From an uncultured Pseudomonadota bacterium (GTDB taxonomy: Bacteria > Pseudomonadota > Alphaproteobacteria > Rs-D84): DNA of 64,000 nucleotides. Below are positions 30,397-38,433 of the stretch, piece by piece. The DNA is taken from NCBI GenBank assembly GCA_947303585.1, contig CAMYYT010000001.1, forward strand, positions 18,008 through 82,007, given 5' to 3'. Every line of letters starts with the position of its first letter. Within the stretch, counting starts at the first letter, position 1. The notes under the pieces are model-generated. The model was not told where the DNA came from. It saw only the letters and a list, made by a program, of their open reading frames with translations, and ran no database searches. Position numbers and translations under genes: made by a program.

Positions 30397-31272
30397 TTAT
30401 TTAGATAATTTATTAATTAAATCTTCCATTTGAATACGGTTAGAAAACGATATAATAAATTGCCCTGCTCCGCCGCGTTTTTCGCACAATTTTACATCTG
30501 TGCCCAAATGTTTAGAGATTTTATTTTCAATCTTTTCTACATACGCGCCGTCCAAGGTGTTTTGTGTGAAATTGCGGCTTTTGGTTGAACGCCCTGCTTT
30601 TTTTACTTGTTTTTGCGTTTCAGCAACAGATAATTTATTGTTTATAATATCGTGCGCCAATTGTTCTGGGTTATCAGAAACAGCAATTGTGCGCGCGTGC
30701 GAAGCAGATATTTTACCTTCCTTAATTAATTGTTTAACAGAATCGGGTAATGCGTTAATTCGCATTAAATTTCTTATATAACTTTCTGATTTACCGATTA
30801 ATTTTGAAACATCTTCTAATTCATAGCCGCATTTTTGCATCAAATTTTTATAACCTTCGGCTTCTTCTACGGGATTAAGGTTTTCGCGTTGAACATTTTC
30901 TATTAACGCAATTTCCATCGCGTTTTTATCATCCAAAGTTTTTACTAATGCCGGAATTTCGCTTAAATTCGCCATTTTTGCAGCACGAAATCTGCGTTCG
31001 CCAGCCACAATTTCATAAAGATAAGGCTTGTTTTGAACGTTACGCAAAATAATTGGTGTTAAAACCCCCTGCTTTTTTATTGAATCAGCGAGTTCTTTTA
31101 ATTCTTGTTCATTAAAAGTTTTTCGTGGCTGGTCTGGATTAGGGCTTATTTGAACCAAAGGAATTGGTTTAACAACCACTCGTTCGCCCCCTGTTAATAC
31201 GGAAATATCTGGAATTTGTCCCATTTCTTCGTTTAATTGAGCCAAAGATTTGCCTAAAAATTTTGATGCCAT
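30397..31272 (-). CDS. parB: Chromosome partitioning protein ParB
   Basis: NPDQPRK, IVAGERRFRAAK, and an HTH region (GYELEDVSKLIGKSESYIRNLMRI). Confidence 0.92.
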   Translation of the reverse strand: MASKFLGKSLAQLNEEMGQIPDISVLTGGERVVVKPIPLVQISPNPDQPRKTFNEQELKELADSIKKQGVLTPIILRNVQNKPYLYEIVAGERRFRAAKMANLSEIPALVKTLDDKNAMEIALIENVQRENLNPVEEAEGYKNLMQKCGYELEDVSKLIGKSESYIRNLMRINALPDSVKQLIKEGKISASHARTIAVSDNPEQLAHDIINNKLSVAETQKQVKKAGRSTKSRNFTQNTLDGAYVEKIENKISKHLGTDVKLCEKRGGAGQFIISFSNRIQMEDLINKLSK

Positions 31273-31274
31273 AA

Positions 31275-32048
31275 TTAATTCCTTTTCTCTAATGCATTAA
31301 CGATTTCAGTTGCAACGCGCAAATAAGCCTGGGCGCCTGGCGATTTAAAATCATAAAAAAGTGCCGGTTTTCCGTGGCTGGGGGCTTCTGAAACACGGAC
31401 ATTACGCGGGACAACAGTTTTGAAAACTTTGTCACCAAAAGTATTGCGTACATCTTCTTCGACTGCACGTGTAAGCCCCAACTTTTTATCATACATTGTT
31501 AAAACCATTCCTAAAACGTCCAAGTCAGGATTCCATTTTTCCTGAATTGCTTTGATAGTAGAAAGCAATTGTTGAACGCCTTCTAGTGCGAAAAATTCAC
31601 ATTGCAGCGGTATAACAACATAATTAGATGCACTTAACGCGTTTATAGTTAACATACCCAAATTTGGCGGACAATCTATAAGTATATAATCGTAATTATT
31701 TTGTATTGTTTTTAATGCGTCGCGCAGGCGGTATTCCCTGCTATCCAAATCAAGCATATCTAATTCGGCGCCTGCGAGTTTTGCTGACGCAGGCAACAAA
31801 TGCATATTTGGTATTGCTGTCGTTAAAATATTTTCAGCAATCCCCGCAGTTCCCATTAATACGCCGTATACGCTTTGTTTATGTGCAGCGCGTACAAAGC
31901 CCAGACCTGTGCCGGCATTGCCCTGGGAATCCATATCAATTAACAATACGCGTTTTTTTATTGCAGCAAGCGATGCGGCGATATTTATTGCGGTTGTGGT
32001 TTTGCCCACCCCACCCTTTTGATTCGCAAATGAAATAATTTTGACCAT
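31275..32048 (-). CDS. parA: Chromosome partitioning ATPase ParA (Soj)
   Basis: Deviant Walker A NQKGGVGKTTT, and DCPP. Confidence 0.93.
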   Translation of the reverse strand: MVKIISFANQKGGVGKTTTAINIAASLAAIKKRVLLIDMDSQGNAGTGLGFVRAAHKQSVYGVLMGTAGIAENILTTAIPNMHLLPASAKLAGAELDMLDLDSREYRLRDALKTIQNNYDYILIDCPPNLGMLTINALSASNYVVIPLQCEFFALEGVQQLLSTIKAIQEKWNPDLDVLGMVLTMYDKKLGLTRAVEEDVRNTFGDKVFKTVVPRNVRVSEAPSHGKPALFYDFKSPGAQAYLRVATEIVNALEKRN

Positions 32049-32144
32049 TTTCTGCTTTCCTTTTTTGATGAAAACAGCATATTAAATACTTGAAAAATAG
32101 TCAACATAAATATTAAAAATGCGTAAAAACAATATGTTACATTT

Positions 32145-32160
32145 TATTTCATATGAAATA
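32145..32160. promoter_or_regulatory. parS-like perfect 16-bp palindrome TATTTCATATGAAATA
   Basis: It lies between rsmG and parA. It matches 12/16 of the parS consensus TGTTTCACGTGAAACA, and all four differences are symmetric GC-to-AT changes. Confidence 0.35.
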
Positions 32161-32165
32161 TTGTG

Positions 32166-32735
32166 TTATTTTAGGTTGCTTATGCATATAATAAACCCGT
32201 CGCCGGTTTCAGATTTATATAATTCATAGTCGAATTTATACCGGGATTTTGCAGTTAAAATTTCGCTTTCAATTTCCCGGCCTTTTAGCAAAAAAAGCCG
32301 GCAATTTTTAGTGTGCTTTTTGCCGGTATAATCAAAAATTTTTATCAATGGTGCAAAGGCGCGTGCAGTGAATACAAAATTCCCGGCGTTTACCGGTGTT
32401 TTTGATAAAAAATTTTCGATTCTGTCATTAACTATTGTAAGGTTTGGTAAATCGAGTTCTTGTTTTAATGTTGATAAAAATTTTGTTTTTTTCCCAATCG
32501 ATTCGATACACGTTACATTCCAACCCAAAATTGCCAATACGACCCCGGGAAAACCGGCACCGCTGCCCAAATCAATGATATTTACATTTTTTGGAATAAA
32601 TTTGGCCAGTTGCGCGCTGTCTTTGATATGACGCGTTTGAATGTCGCTTAAAGTGCTGGGCGCAACAAGATTCATTTTTGTTGACCATTCTTTGAGCAAA
32701 TTTTCGTATTTAATAAATTTTTCTTCTATTTTCAT
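32166..32735 (-). CDS. rsmG: 16S rRNA m7G527 methyltransferase RsmG (GidB)
   Basis: SAM motif IIDLGSGAGFPGVVLAI. Canonical position upstream of parAB. Start taken at MKIEEKF (32735). Confidence 0.85.
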   Translation of the reverse strand: MKIEEKFIKYENLLKEWSTKMNLVAPSTLSDIQTRHIKDSAQLAKFIPKNVNIIDLGSGAGFPGVVLAILGWNVTCIESIGKKTKFLSTLKQELDLPNLTIVNDRIENFLSKTPVNAGNFVFTARAFAPLIKIFDYTGKKHTKNCRLFLLKGREIESEILTAKSRYKFDYELYKSETGDGFIICISNLK

Positions 32736-32760
32736 AAAATTTATTCTAGCATATTTTGCT

Positions 32761-34380
32761 ATGAAAGATAGAAAAAGTTTTTTAAAGGGTGCATTTTTAT
32801 TTGTACTTGTTATTTTTTGCCTTTGTATTATGGGGCGAAAGATATTTGAAAATAGCTCCACAGATATGGGGCAGGGTGATATTATTGAACAAAACGATTT
32901 TGGCGCGTTTCTTGCGGCTCAGCATGCACTTTATGTCAACGATTTTGATAATGCGTATAAAATGATGGAATCTATTAAAACAGATAATGCATCCATCAGA
33001 CAATCTAAAAATATATCGAGTTTTTTTAGTGGTAAAATGCCTGAAAATGCCAAAGAATTAAAGAATTCAAAGGATTTTATGGAAACATTGATTTATGATG
33101 CTTTCTTGATTCAACAAGACGATTGGAAAAGTGTTTATGAAAGACATAAAAAGGACGAATCTTTGTTGTCTGCGCCGCTTCGTATATTTTCCGCATTAAA
33201 ACAAGATAGAATTACAGAAACAAAAAAATTTGTTGATTCTGTAAAGACTAATGATTATTGGAAAGCTTTTGTGTTGGGGCAAATTGCGGTATTAAACAAT
33301 GATATAGATACTGCTGCCAAAGAATTTGCCAAAGTGCATCCAGATTTTATGAACATAAATGATTATCTTTATCTTATGTCTTTTTATCAGAAAAACGGCA
33401 TGGTTGAAGATATGGAATTTTTGCGTGAAGATTTTATGGCAAAGCCGGGTGGGGCGCATGTATTAAATTACCCAGAAATCCCAGATTGGTCGTATTTTGA
33501 AGGTTATAAAAATAATTTAATATTCAGTATAATTCAAACTGTGTCGCATACCCAAATGATGATTTATACTGATTTGTCGTTATTGTTTTTGCGTTTTGCA
33601 CAAATGATATCAGATGAAGCAAATATGGATGTTATAAATTATTATCTGGGGCAATATTATTCGTATAATTTTGGTGATTATAAAACTTGCTTTGCTTCGA
33701 TTAACAAATCCAGTCCATTTTATTTATTTGGGCAATTAAGAATAGCAGAAAAAGCAAATGACAAAAGGTCTATTGAAAAGATAGCTTATGATAATCCTTT
33801 GTTTATTCCTGCACAACAATTGGCTGTGCGTGACAGTGTCAGAAATGGGGATAAAAGTAAGGTAATAACATTGTTAAATCGTGCGTTAAAACAAAAAAAT
33901 GTTCCAGATGATGGCAAAATATATTTATTGAAACAGCGTGCATATATCTATTTGCTTTTTAACGATGCTGCACGCGCGCAAAAAGATATAGATGCTATTG
34001 AAGATATTGACCCGGAATTATCAGCAGATATATTACTTTTGCAATCGCGTACTTGGTATCTGCAAAATAAGAAATTAGACAAAGCGTACGATTATACGAT
34101 GAGTTTGATAAAGAATAATCCATCAGATGTTCTTGCGTGGGATTTGTTGGCGCAAATTGTATCCAAGAAAGAGAATGTAAATAATGCGCTGGAAATTTTG
34201 GAACGCATTGTTTCAACAGGGACAAATGTATCTGTGATTTATGAACATTTGGGTGATTTATATATGAAAAATGGCGATCAAGAACGCGCTTTGCGTGCAT
34301 ATAAACAAGCGCTAGATTTATCAGAAGACGCATTTGTTGTTATGCCATTTATAGAGAAAAAAATAAGGAAAATACAATGA
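32761..34380 (+). CDS. Membrane-anchored TPR-repeat protein
   Basis: Start at MKDRKSFLKGAFLFVLVIFCL (N-terminal TM). The C-terminus has TPR-like repeats (..AWDLLAQIV.., LGDLYMKNGDQERALRAYKQALDL). Confidence 0.7.
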   Translation: MKDRKSFLKGAFLFVLVIFCLCIMGRKIFENSSTDMGQGDIIEQNDFGAFLAAQHALYVNDFDNAYKMMESIKTDNASIRQSKNISSFFSGKMPENAKELKNSKDFMETLIYDAFLIQQDDWKSVYERHKKDESLLSAPLRIFSALKQDRITETKKFVDSVKTNDYWKAFVLGQIAVLNNDIDTAAKEFAKVHPDFMNINDYLYLMSFYQKNGMVEDMEFLREDFMAKPGGAHVLNYPEIPDWSYFEGYKNNLIFSIIQTVSHTQMMIYTDLSLLFLRFAQMISDEANMDVINYYLGQYYSYNFGDYKTCFASINKSSPFYLFGQLRIAEKANDKRSIEKIAYDNPLFIPAQQLAVRDSVRNGDKSKVITLLNRALKQKNVPDDGKIYLLKQRAYIYLLFNDAARAQKDIDAIEDIDPELSADILLLQSRTWYLQNKKLDKAYDYTMSLIKNNPSDVLAWDLLAQIVSKKENVNNALEILERIVSTGTNVSVIYEHLGDLYMKNGDQERALRAYKQALDLSEDAFVVMPFIEKKIRKIQ

Positions 34381-35240
34381 AAATAGGTGTTTTTGGTGCT
34401 GGTGCATGGGGCACAGCCTTGGCTTATACATGCGCAAAATCAGGTAATGAAGTTATTCATTGGGGTTTTGAAGGTATTTTCGATGGATTGCTTGATTTGC
34501 AAAAACCAGAAGCAGTTACCAGAACATCAAATATGGCAGATTTATCGTCTTGTGAATATTGGTTGATTGTAACGCCATCGGCTTTCTTTCGTGAAACAGT
34601 TCGCAAAATGCGCGCGTTTTTCAACAATCAACCGATTTTGATTTGTACCAAAGGAATGGAAGGCGAAACCGGTCAATTTATGTCTGAAATTTTGAACGAA
34701 GAAATCCCAGAATGCAAAGACATTGGTGTTTTGTCTGGCCCACAATTTGCCCGCGAAGTTGCAACAGGTATTCCAACAGGATCGACTTTGGCTGGTAACG
34801 AACGGGTAAGGGCAGGGGGGCATATTGCACTTTCTGCGCTGTATCTGCAAGATTGCGAAGATATAATTGGGACACAATTTTGTGGTGTTGGTAAAAACGC
34901 AGTATCGTTAATTTCAGGCTTTTTAACAATCAAAGCAAGTGGTGAAAATGAACGCGCATTAGTGTTCACGCGTGCTTGGGATGAAATAGTAGATATCGCT
35001 GTTAAAATGGGTGCAGAATGCGGGACATTTTTGGGGCTTTGTGGTGTGGGTGATTTGTTTTTATCTGCGACATCACCAACCAGTCGTAATTTTTCAGCGG
35101 GTGAATCAATTGCGCGTGGCGAACAATATGCAGGCACAGTAGAGGGTGTTTTTGCTCTTCGTGGATTGATTAAACGCGCAGAAAAAATCGGCGTTTCTAC
35201 ACCTGTTTTAATCGAAATGAAAAACAAAATGGGATTATAA
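34377..35240 (+). CDS. gpsA: NAD(P)H-dependent glycerol-3-phosphate dehydrogenase, short form
   Basis: MKIGVFGAGAWGTALA, LSGPQFAREV, and SPTSRNFSAG. ATGA overlap with the upstream gene. Confidence 0.85.
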   Translation: MKIGVFGAGAWGTALAYTCAKSGNEVIHWGFEGIFDGLLDLQKPEAVTRTSNMADLSSCEYWLIVTPSAFFRETVRKMRAFFNNQPILICTKGMEGETGQFMSEILNEEIPECKDIGVLSGPQFAREVATGIPTGSTLAGNERVRAGGHIALSALYLQDCEDIIGTQFCGVGKNAVSLISGFLTIKASGENERALVFTRAWDEIVDIAVKMGAECGTFLGLCGVGDLFLSATSPTSRNFSAGESIARGEQYAGTVEGVFALRGLIKRAEKIGVSTPVLIEMKNKMGL

Positions 35241-35259
35241 TTTTTGCCGGGCTTTTTTG

Positions 35260-35287
35260 TTGCAAATAAATAAATATCTTTTATAAT
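35260..35287 (+). promoter_or_regulatory. Near-consensus sigma70 promoter for pnp
   Basis: TTGCAA (35260-35265), 16-nt spacer, TATAAT (35282-35287). Confidence 0.6.
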
Positions 35288-35302
35288 CTTAAGCCAGAGG
35301 TC

Positions 35303-35368
35303 GCGAAGAAGAAATTGTTCTTTCTTGCATTTGGGTTAAGAGTGCAAAAATGAATAATTTTTCTTCGC
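35303..35368 (+). promoter_or_regulatory. Long imperfect stem-loop in the pnp 5' UTR
   Basis: GCGAAGAAGAAATT (35303-35316) pairs with AATTTTTCTTCGC (35356-35368), with one bulge. It encloses an inner TTGCA/TGCAA hairpin. Confidence 0.4.
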
Positions 35369-35403
35369 ATGAATAATAACAATTTTAACAAACGGAGAAA
35401 AAT

Positions 35404-37569
35404 ATGTTTGGTATTTTCAAAAAAAGCGAAGGACATGTTTTGAACAATCCTGTCGCTGTTGAATTTCAATATGGTGACGAAACAGTTAGATTAGAAACTG
35501 GTCGTTACGCAAAACAAGCAACTGGTGCGGTAATGGCAACTATGGGTGGCACAATGGTTTTGGCAACTGTGTGTGCTGAAAAGACAGCAGTTGAAGGTCA
35601 AGATTTTTTCCCATTAACCGTTGATTATCAAGAAAAATATGCATCCAGTGGTCGTATCCCGGGTTCGCGCGACAGACGCGAAGGCAAATCTAGCGTCAGC
35701 GAAACTTTGACTGCACGCCTTATCGACAGACCGATTCGTCCATTGTTTCCAGAAACTTTCAAAAACAAAGTCCAAATAATTGCACAGGTGTTTTCTTACG
35801 ACAAGAAAAACCAACCTGATATTTTGGCGATGATTGCATCGTCTGCTGCGCTGGCAATATCTGGTGTTCCTTTCCAGGGACCAATTGGTGCCGCGCGTGT
35901 GGGTTATATGGACGGTCAATATGTTTTGAATCCATCGAAAAAAGAAGTCGAAGATTCCCAGATGGATTTGGTTGTTGCTGCGACCAAAGACGGTGTTTTG
36001 ATGGTAGAATCTGAAATTGGTGAATTGGATGAAAAAACAACTTTGGGTGCTGTGAAATTCGGTTTTGACGCACAACAAACTGTTATCAAAGCGATTAATG
36101 AATTTGTCGAAAAGGCTGGTAAAGAACCTTGGGCGATTCCTGAAAACACAGACGAATATGTCACTATGCAGAAAGATTTTGAACAATTTGCTGGCGATAT
36201 CGAAAAGGCTTTGTTAATCAAAGAAAAATTGGTTCGTCTTGATACATTGGCAGATATTCACGCCCAGGCCAAAGCTCGTCTTGTTGAATTATTCCCAGAT
36301 ACAACCACAGCGACATCTACGCTGGAATCGTGGGCTGATGAAATTGTTGAAAACATCACGGCACGTATTATGCGTGGAAATATTTTGGCTGGAAAACCTC
36401 GTATCGATGGTCGTGATACCAAGACAGTTCGTCCAATCGAGATTGAATTGGGTGTATTGCCACGCGCACATGGTTCTGCTTTGTTTACACGCGGTGAAAC
36501 CCAGGCTTTGGTATCTTTAACACTTGGCGGTGGCAAAGACGCTTTGCCAATTGAATCTTTGGACGGTGACAGCGAACGTGACTTTATCTTGAATTATAAT
36601 TTCCCAGGTTATTCTGTTGGTGAAGCCAAAGGCTTAAAAGCCCCAGGTCGTCGTGAACTTGGTCATGGTAACTTGGCATGGCGTGCAGTTCATCCAATGG
36701 TTCCAACCCGCGAAGAATTTGATTATGTAATTCGCGTATGCAGTGATATTTTGGAATCTAATGGTTCTTCGTCTATGGCGACAACATGTGGCGCAACATT
36801 GGCGATGATGGACGGTGGTGTTCCAATGAAAAGACCTGTTGCAGGTATCGCTATGGGCTTAATCAAAGAAGGCGATGATTACGCAATTTTGACTGATATT
36901 TTGGGTGACGAAGACCATCTTGGTGATATGGATTTCAAAGTGACGGGTACAAACAAAGGTATCACAGCTTTGCAGATGGATATAAAAATCACATCTATCA
37001 CTTTTGAAATTATGGAACATGCGTTGGCTCAGGCTAAAGATGGTCGTATGCACATTTTGGGCAAAATTGAAAAGGCTATCAAGGCTCCACGCAAACAATT
37101 GTCTGAATTTGCACCTCAATCTTATACAATGAAAATCAATCCAGACAAAGTTCGCGATGTTATTGGCAAAGGTGGCGCTGTAATCCAGGCCTTGACACGC
37201 GAAACAAACACACAGATTGAATTAGAAGACGACGGTACTGTAAAAATTATGGCTGCAGACAAGGATGATGCTGAAGAAGCGATAAAACGCATCAAAGAAA
37301 TTGTTGCAGAACCAGAAGTCGGTGAAATATATGAAGGCGAAATCAGCGGTATCAAAGATTTTGGTCTGTTTGTAAAGATTTTGAAAAATTTTGAATCTAT
37401 GGTTCATATTTCTGAAATCACAGGTGAAAGATTAAACAAAATCGAAGATGCAAAACTTAATATCGGTGACAAAGTATTTGTAAGATACCTGGGGACAGAT
37501 AAACGCGGTAAAACACGTTTGTCTATGGTTGGCATCGACCAAAAAACAGGTAAAGAAATCAAAAAATAA
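35404..37569 (+). CDS. pnp: Polyribonucleotide nucleotidyltransferase (PNPase)
   Basis: Two RNase PH domains, plus KH (VIGKGGAVIQAL) and S1 (GEIYEGEISGIKDFGLFVKI). GGAG SD. Confidence 0.96.
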   Translation: MFGIFKKSEGHVLNNPVAVEFQYGDETVRLETGRYAKQATGAVMATMGGTMVLATVCAEKTAVEGQDFFPLTVDYQEKYASSGRIPGSRDRREGKSSVSETLTARLIDRPIRPLFPETFKNKVQIIAQVFSYDKKNQPDILAMIASSAALAISGVPFQGPIGAARVGYMDGQYVLNPSKKEVEDSQMDLVVAATKDGVLMVESEIGELDEKTTLGAVKFGFDAQQTVIKAINEFVEKAGKEPWAIPENTDEYVTMQKDFEQFAGDIEKALLIKEKLVRLDTLADIHAQAKARLVELFPDTTTATSTLESWADEIVENITARIMRGNILAGKPRIDGRDTKTVRPIEIELGVLPRAHGSALFTRGETQALVSLTLGGGKDALPIESLDGDSERDFILNYNFPGYSVGEAKGLKAPGRRELGHGNLAWRAVHPMVPTREEFDYVIRVCSDILESNGSSSMATTCGATLAMMDGGVPMKRPVAGIAMGLIKEGDDYAILTDILGDEDHLGDMDFKVTGTNKGITALQMDIKITSITFEIMEHALAQAKDGRMHILGKIEKAIKAPRKQLSEFAPQSYTMKINPDKVRDVIGKGGAVIQALTRETNTQIELEDDGTVKIMAADKDDAEEAIKRIKEIVAEPEVGEIYEGEISGIKDFGLFVKILKNFESMVHISEITGERLNKIEDAKLNIGDKVFVRYLGTDKRGKTRLSMVGIDQKTGKEIKK

Positions 37570-37575
37570 AAACAT

Positions 37576-37606
37576 TGTCGGGTGATTTGTTCGCCCGACA
37601 TTTTTT
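37576..37606 (+). terminator. Rho-independent terminator after pnp
   Basis: TGTCGGG...CCCGACA followed by TTTTTT. Confidence 0.8.
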
Positions 37607-37632
37607 ATCAAAGAAATCAAAGGATTTTTAAT

Positions 37633-37929
37633 ATGGACATGGAATCATTAATGGTACAAGCCCAAGATTTACAAAGTAAAATATCATCCGCCCAAGATGC
37701 TTTGGGAAATATGACGGTCAAAGGAATCGCTGAAAATGGTGCAGCCGTTGTTTCTATGACTGGTAAATATGATGTTTTGTCTGTTGTGATTAAGCCTGAA
37801 ACATTGGCTTTGGGCGCTGAAAAGGTGTCGCAAATAGTTATGGACGCATACAAAGATGCAAAAATCAAAGCGGATGTATTGATTGATAAAACAATGTCTG
37901 CGATAACTGGTGGTCTGGGGGATGAATAG
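37633..37929 (+). CDS. Nucleoid-associated protein YbaB/EbfC family
   Basis: Start MDMESLMVQAQDLQSKISSAQDAL..V.G..ENGAAVVSMTGKYDVLSVVIKPE, the typical YbaB pattern. The ORF-track start at 37582 lies inside the pnp terminator. Confidence 0.8.
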   Translation: MDMESLMVQAQDLQSKISSAQDALGNMTVKGIAENGAAVVSMTGKYDVLSVVIKPETLALGAEKVSQIVMDAYKDAKIKADVLIDKTMSAITGGLGDE

Positions 37930-37952
37930 ACATCCATGTATGTAAATTATTT

Positions 37953-37979
37953 GTCTGGCGTTTCGCCAGACTATTTTTT
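37953..37979 (+). terminator. Rho-independent terminator after ybaB
   Basis: GTCTGGCG-ttt-CGCCAGAC followed by TATTTTTT. Confidence 0.8.
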
Positions 37980-37980
37980 A

Positions 37981-38059
37981 TTCTCGTCTCTAACCGTCAC
38001 AAACAAAAATAAAAACCGAGATAAACTCGGTTAAAATTTTTGGTGGACGTTAAAGAGAC
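37981..38059 (-). repeat. Direct repeat copy 1: tRNA-Val 3' end fragment plus 60-nt trailer with terminator
   Basis: 79 nt. It differs from 38147-38224 by 1 substitution and 1 indel. On the minus strand it reads GTCTCTTTAACGTCCACCA, followed by AACCGAG-ttta-TCTCGGTT and a T-run. Confidence 0.85.
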
Positions 38060-38146
38060 ACGCTTGGCAATTCTTGCCTGTGCGGCATTCCTGACGATTT
38101 CACCGCGTTAAAACTTGTGAAATCTACTCATAGTCGAACTCCTTCG

Positions 38147-38224
38147 TTCTCGTCTCTAACCGTCACAAACAAAAATAAAAACCGAGATAAACTCGGTTTA
38201 AATTTTTGGTGGACGTTAAGAGAC
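38147..38224 (-). repeat. Direct repeat copy 2: 3' end of the intact tRNA-Val(UAC) plus trailer and terminator
   Basis: See copy 1. It overlaps the last 18 nt of the functional tRNA gene. Confidence 0.85.
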
Positions 38225-38283
38225 TCGAACTCCTGACCCTCTCGGTGTAAACGAGATGCTCTAGCCAACTGAGCTAAACGTCC
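38207..38283 (-). tRNA. tRNA-Val (anticodon UAC)
   Basis: The reverse complement GGACGTTTAGCTCAGTTGGCTAGAGCATCTCGTTTACACCGAGAGGGTCAGGAGTTCGAGTCTCTTAACGTCCACCA has anticodon loop TTTACAC. Confidence 0.92.
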
Positions 38284-38390
38284 AAGGCGGTATTTATAAT
38301 ACCTTAAATTTTTCAATTGTCCAGTATTTTTTGATTCACTACACCAATAAAAATTTTTAAATTTAAGAAAAGTGAAAAATTTTTAACTTT

Positions 38391-38421
38391 AAAAATACCG
38401 CCCGAATGGGCGGTGTTTTTT
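38391..38421. terminator. Terminator after infB (bidirectional form)
   Basis: AAAAAT-ACCGCCC-gaat-GGGCGGT-GTTTTTT. Confidence 0.8.
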
Positions 38422-38433
38422 ATCAATCACATT

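Noticed and set aside
32641-32760. Longer start for the TPR protein (ORF-track 32641). Likewise for rsmG (32861), tolC (19922), lptF (42481), ybaB (37582), yidD (16050) and the ABC ATPase (22472).
   Set aside because: The extensions overlap neighbouring genes, terminators or tRNAs and lack SD sequences. Internal starts give family-typical N-termini or signal peptides.
38060-38146. Possible SRP RNA or two-piece (permuted) tmRNA in the segment between the tRNA-Val repeats. The segment contains GTCAGG and GGAGTTCGAC-like strings and ends in a CCA-bearing acceptor fragment.
   Set aside because: It lacks the invariant SRP helix-8 sequence (GGAAGCAGC with a GNRA loop). The acceptor strand matches tRNA-Val with no G3:U70 alanine identity pair. 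I could find no ANDN-type tag reading frame.
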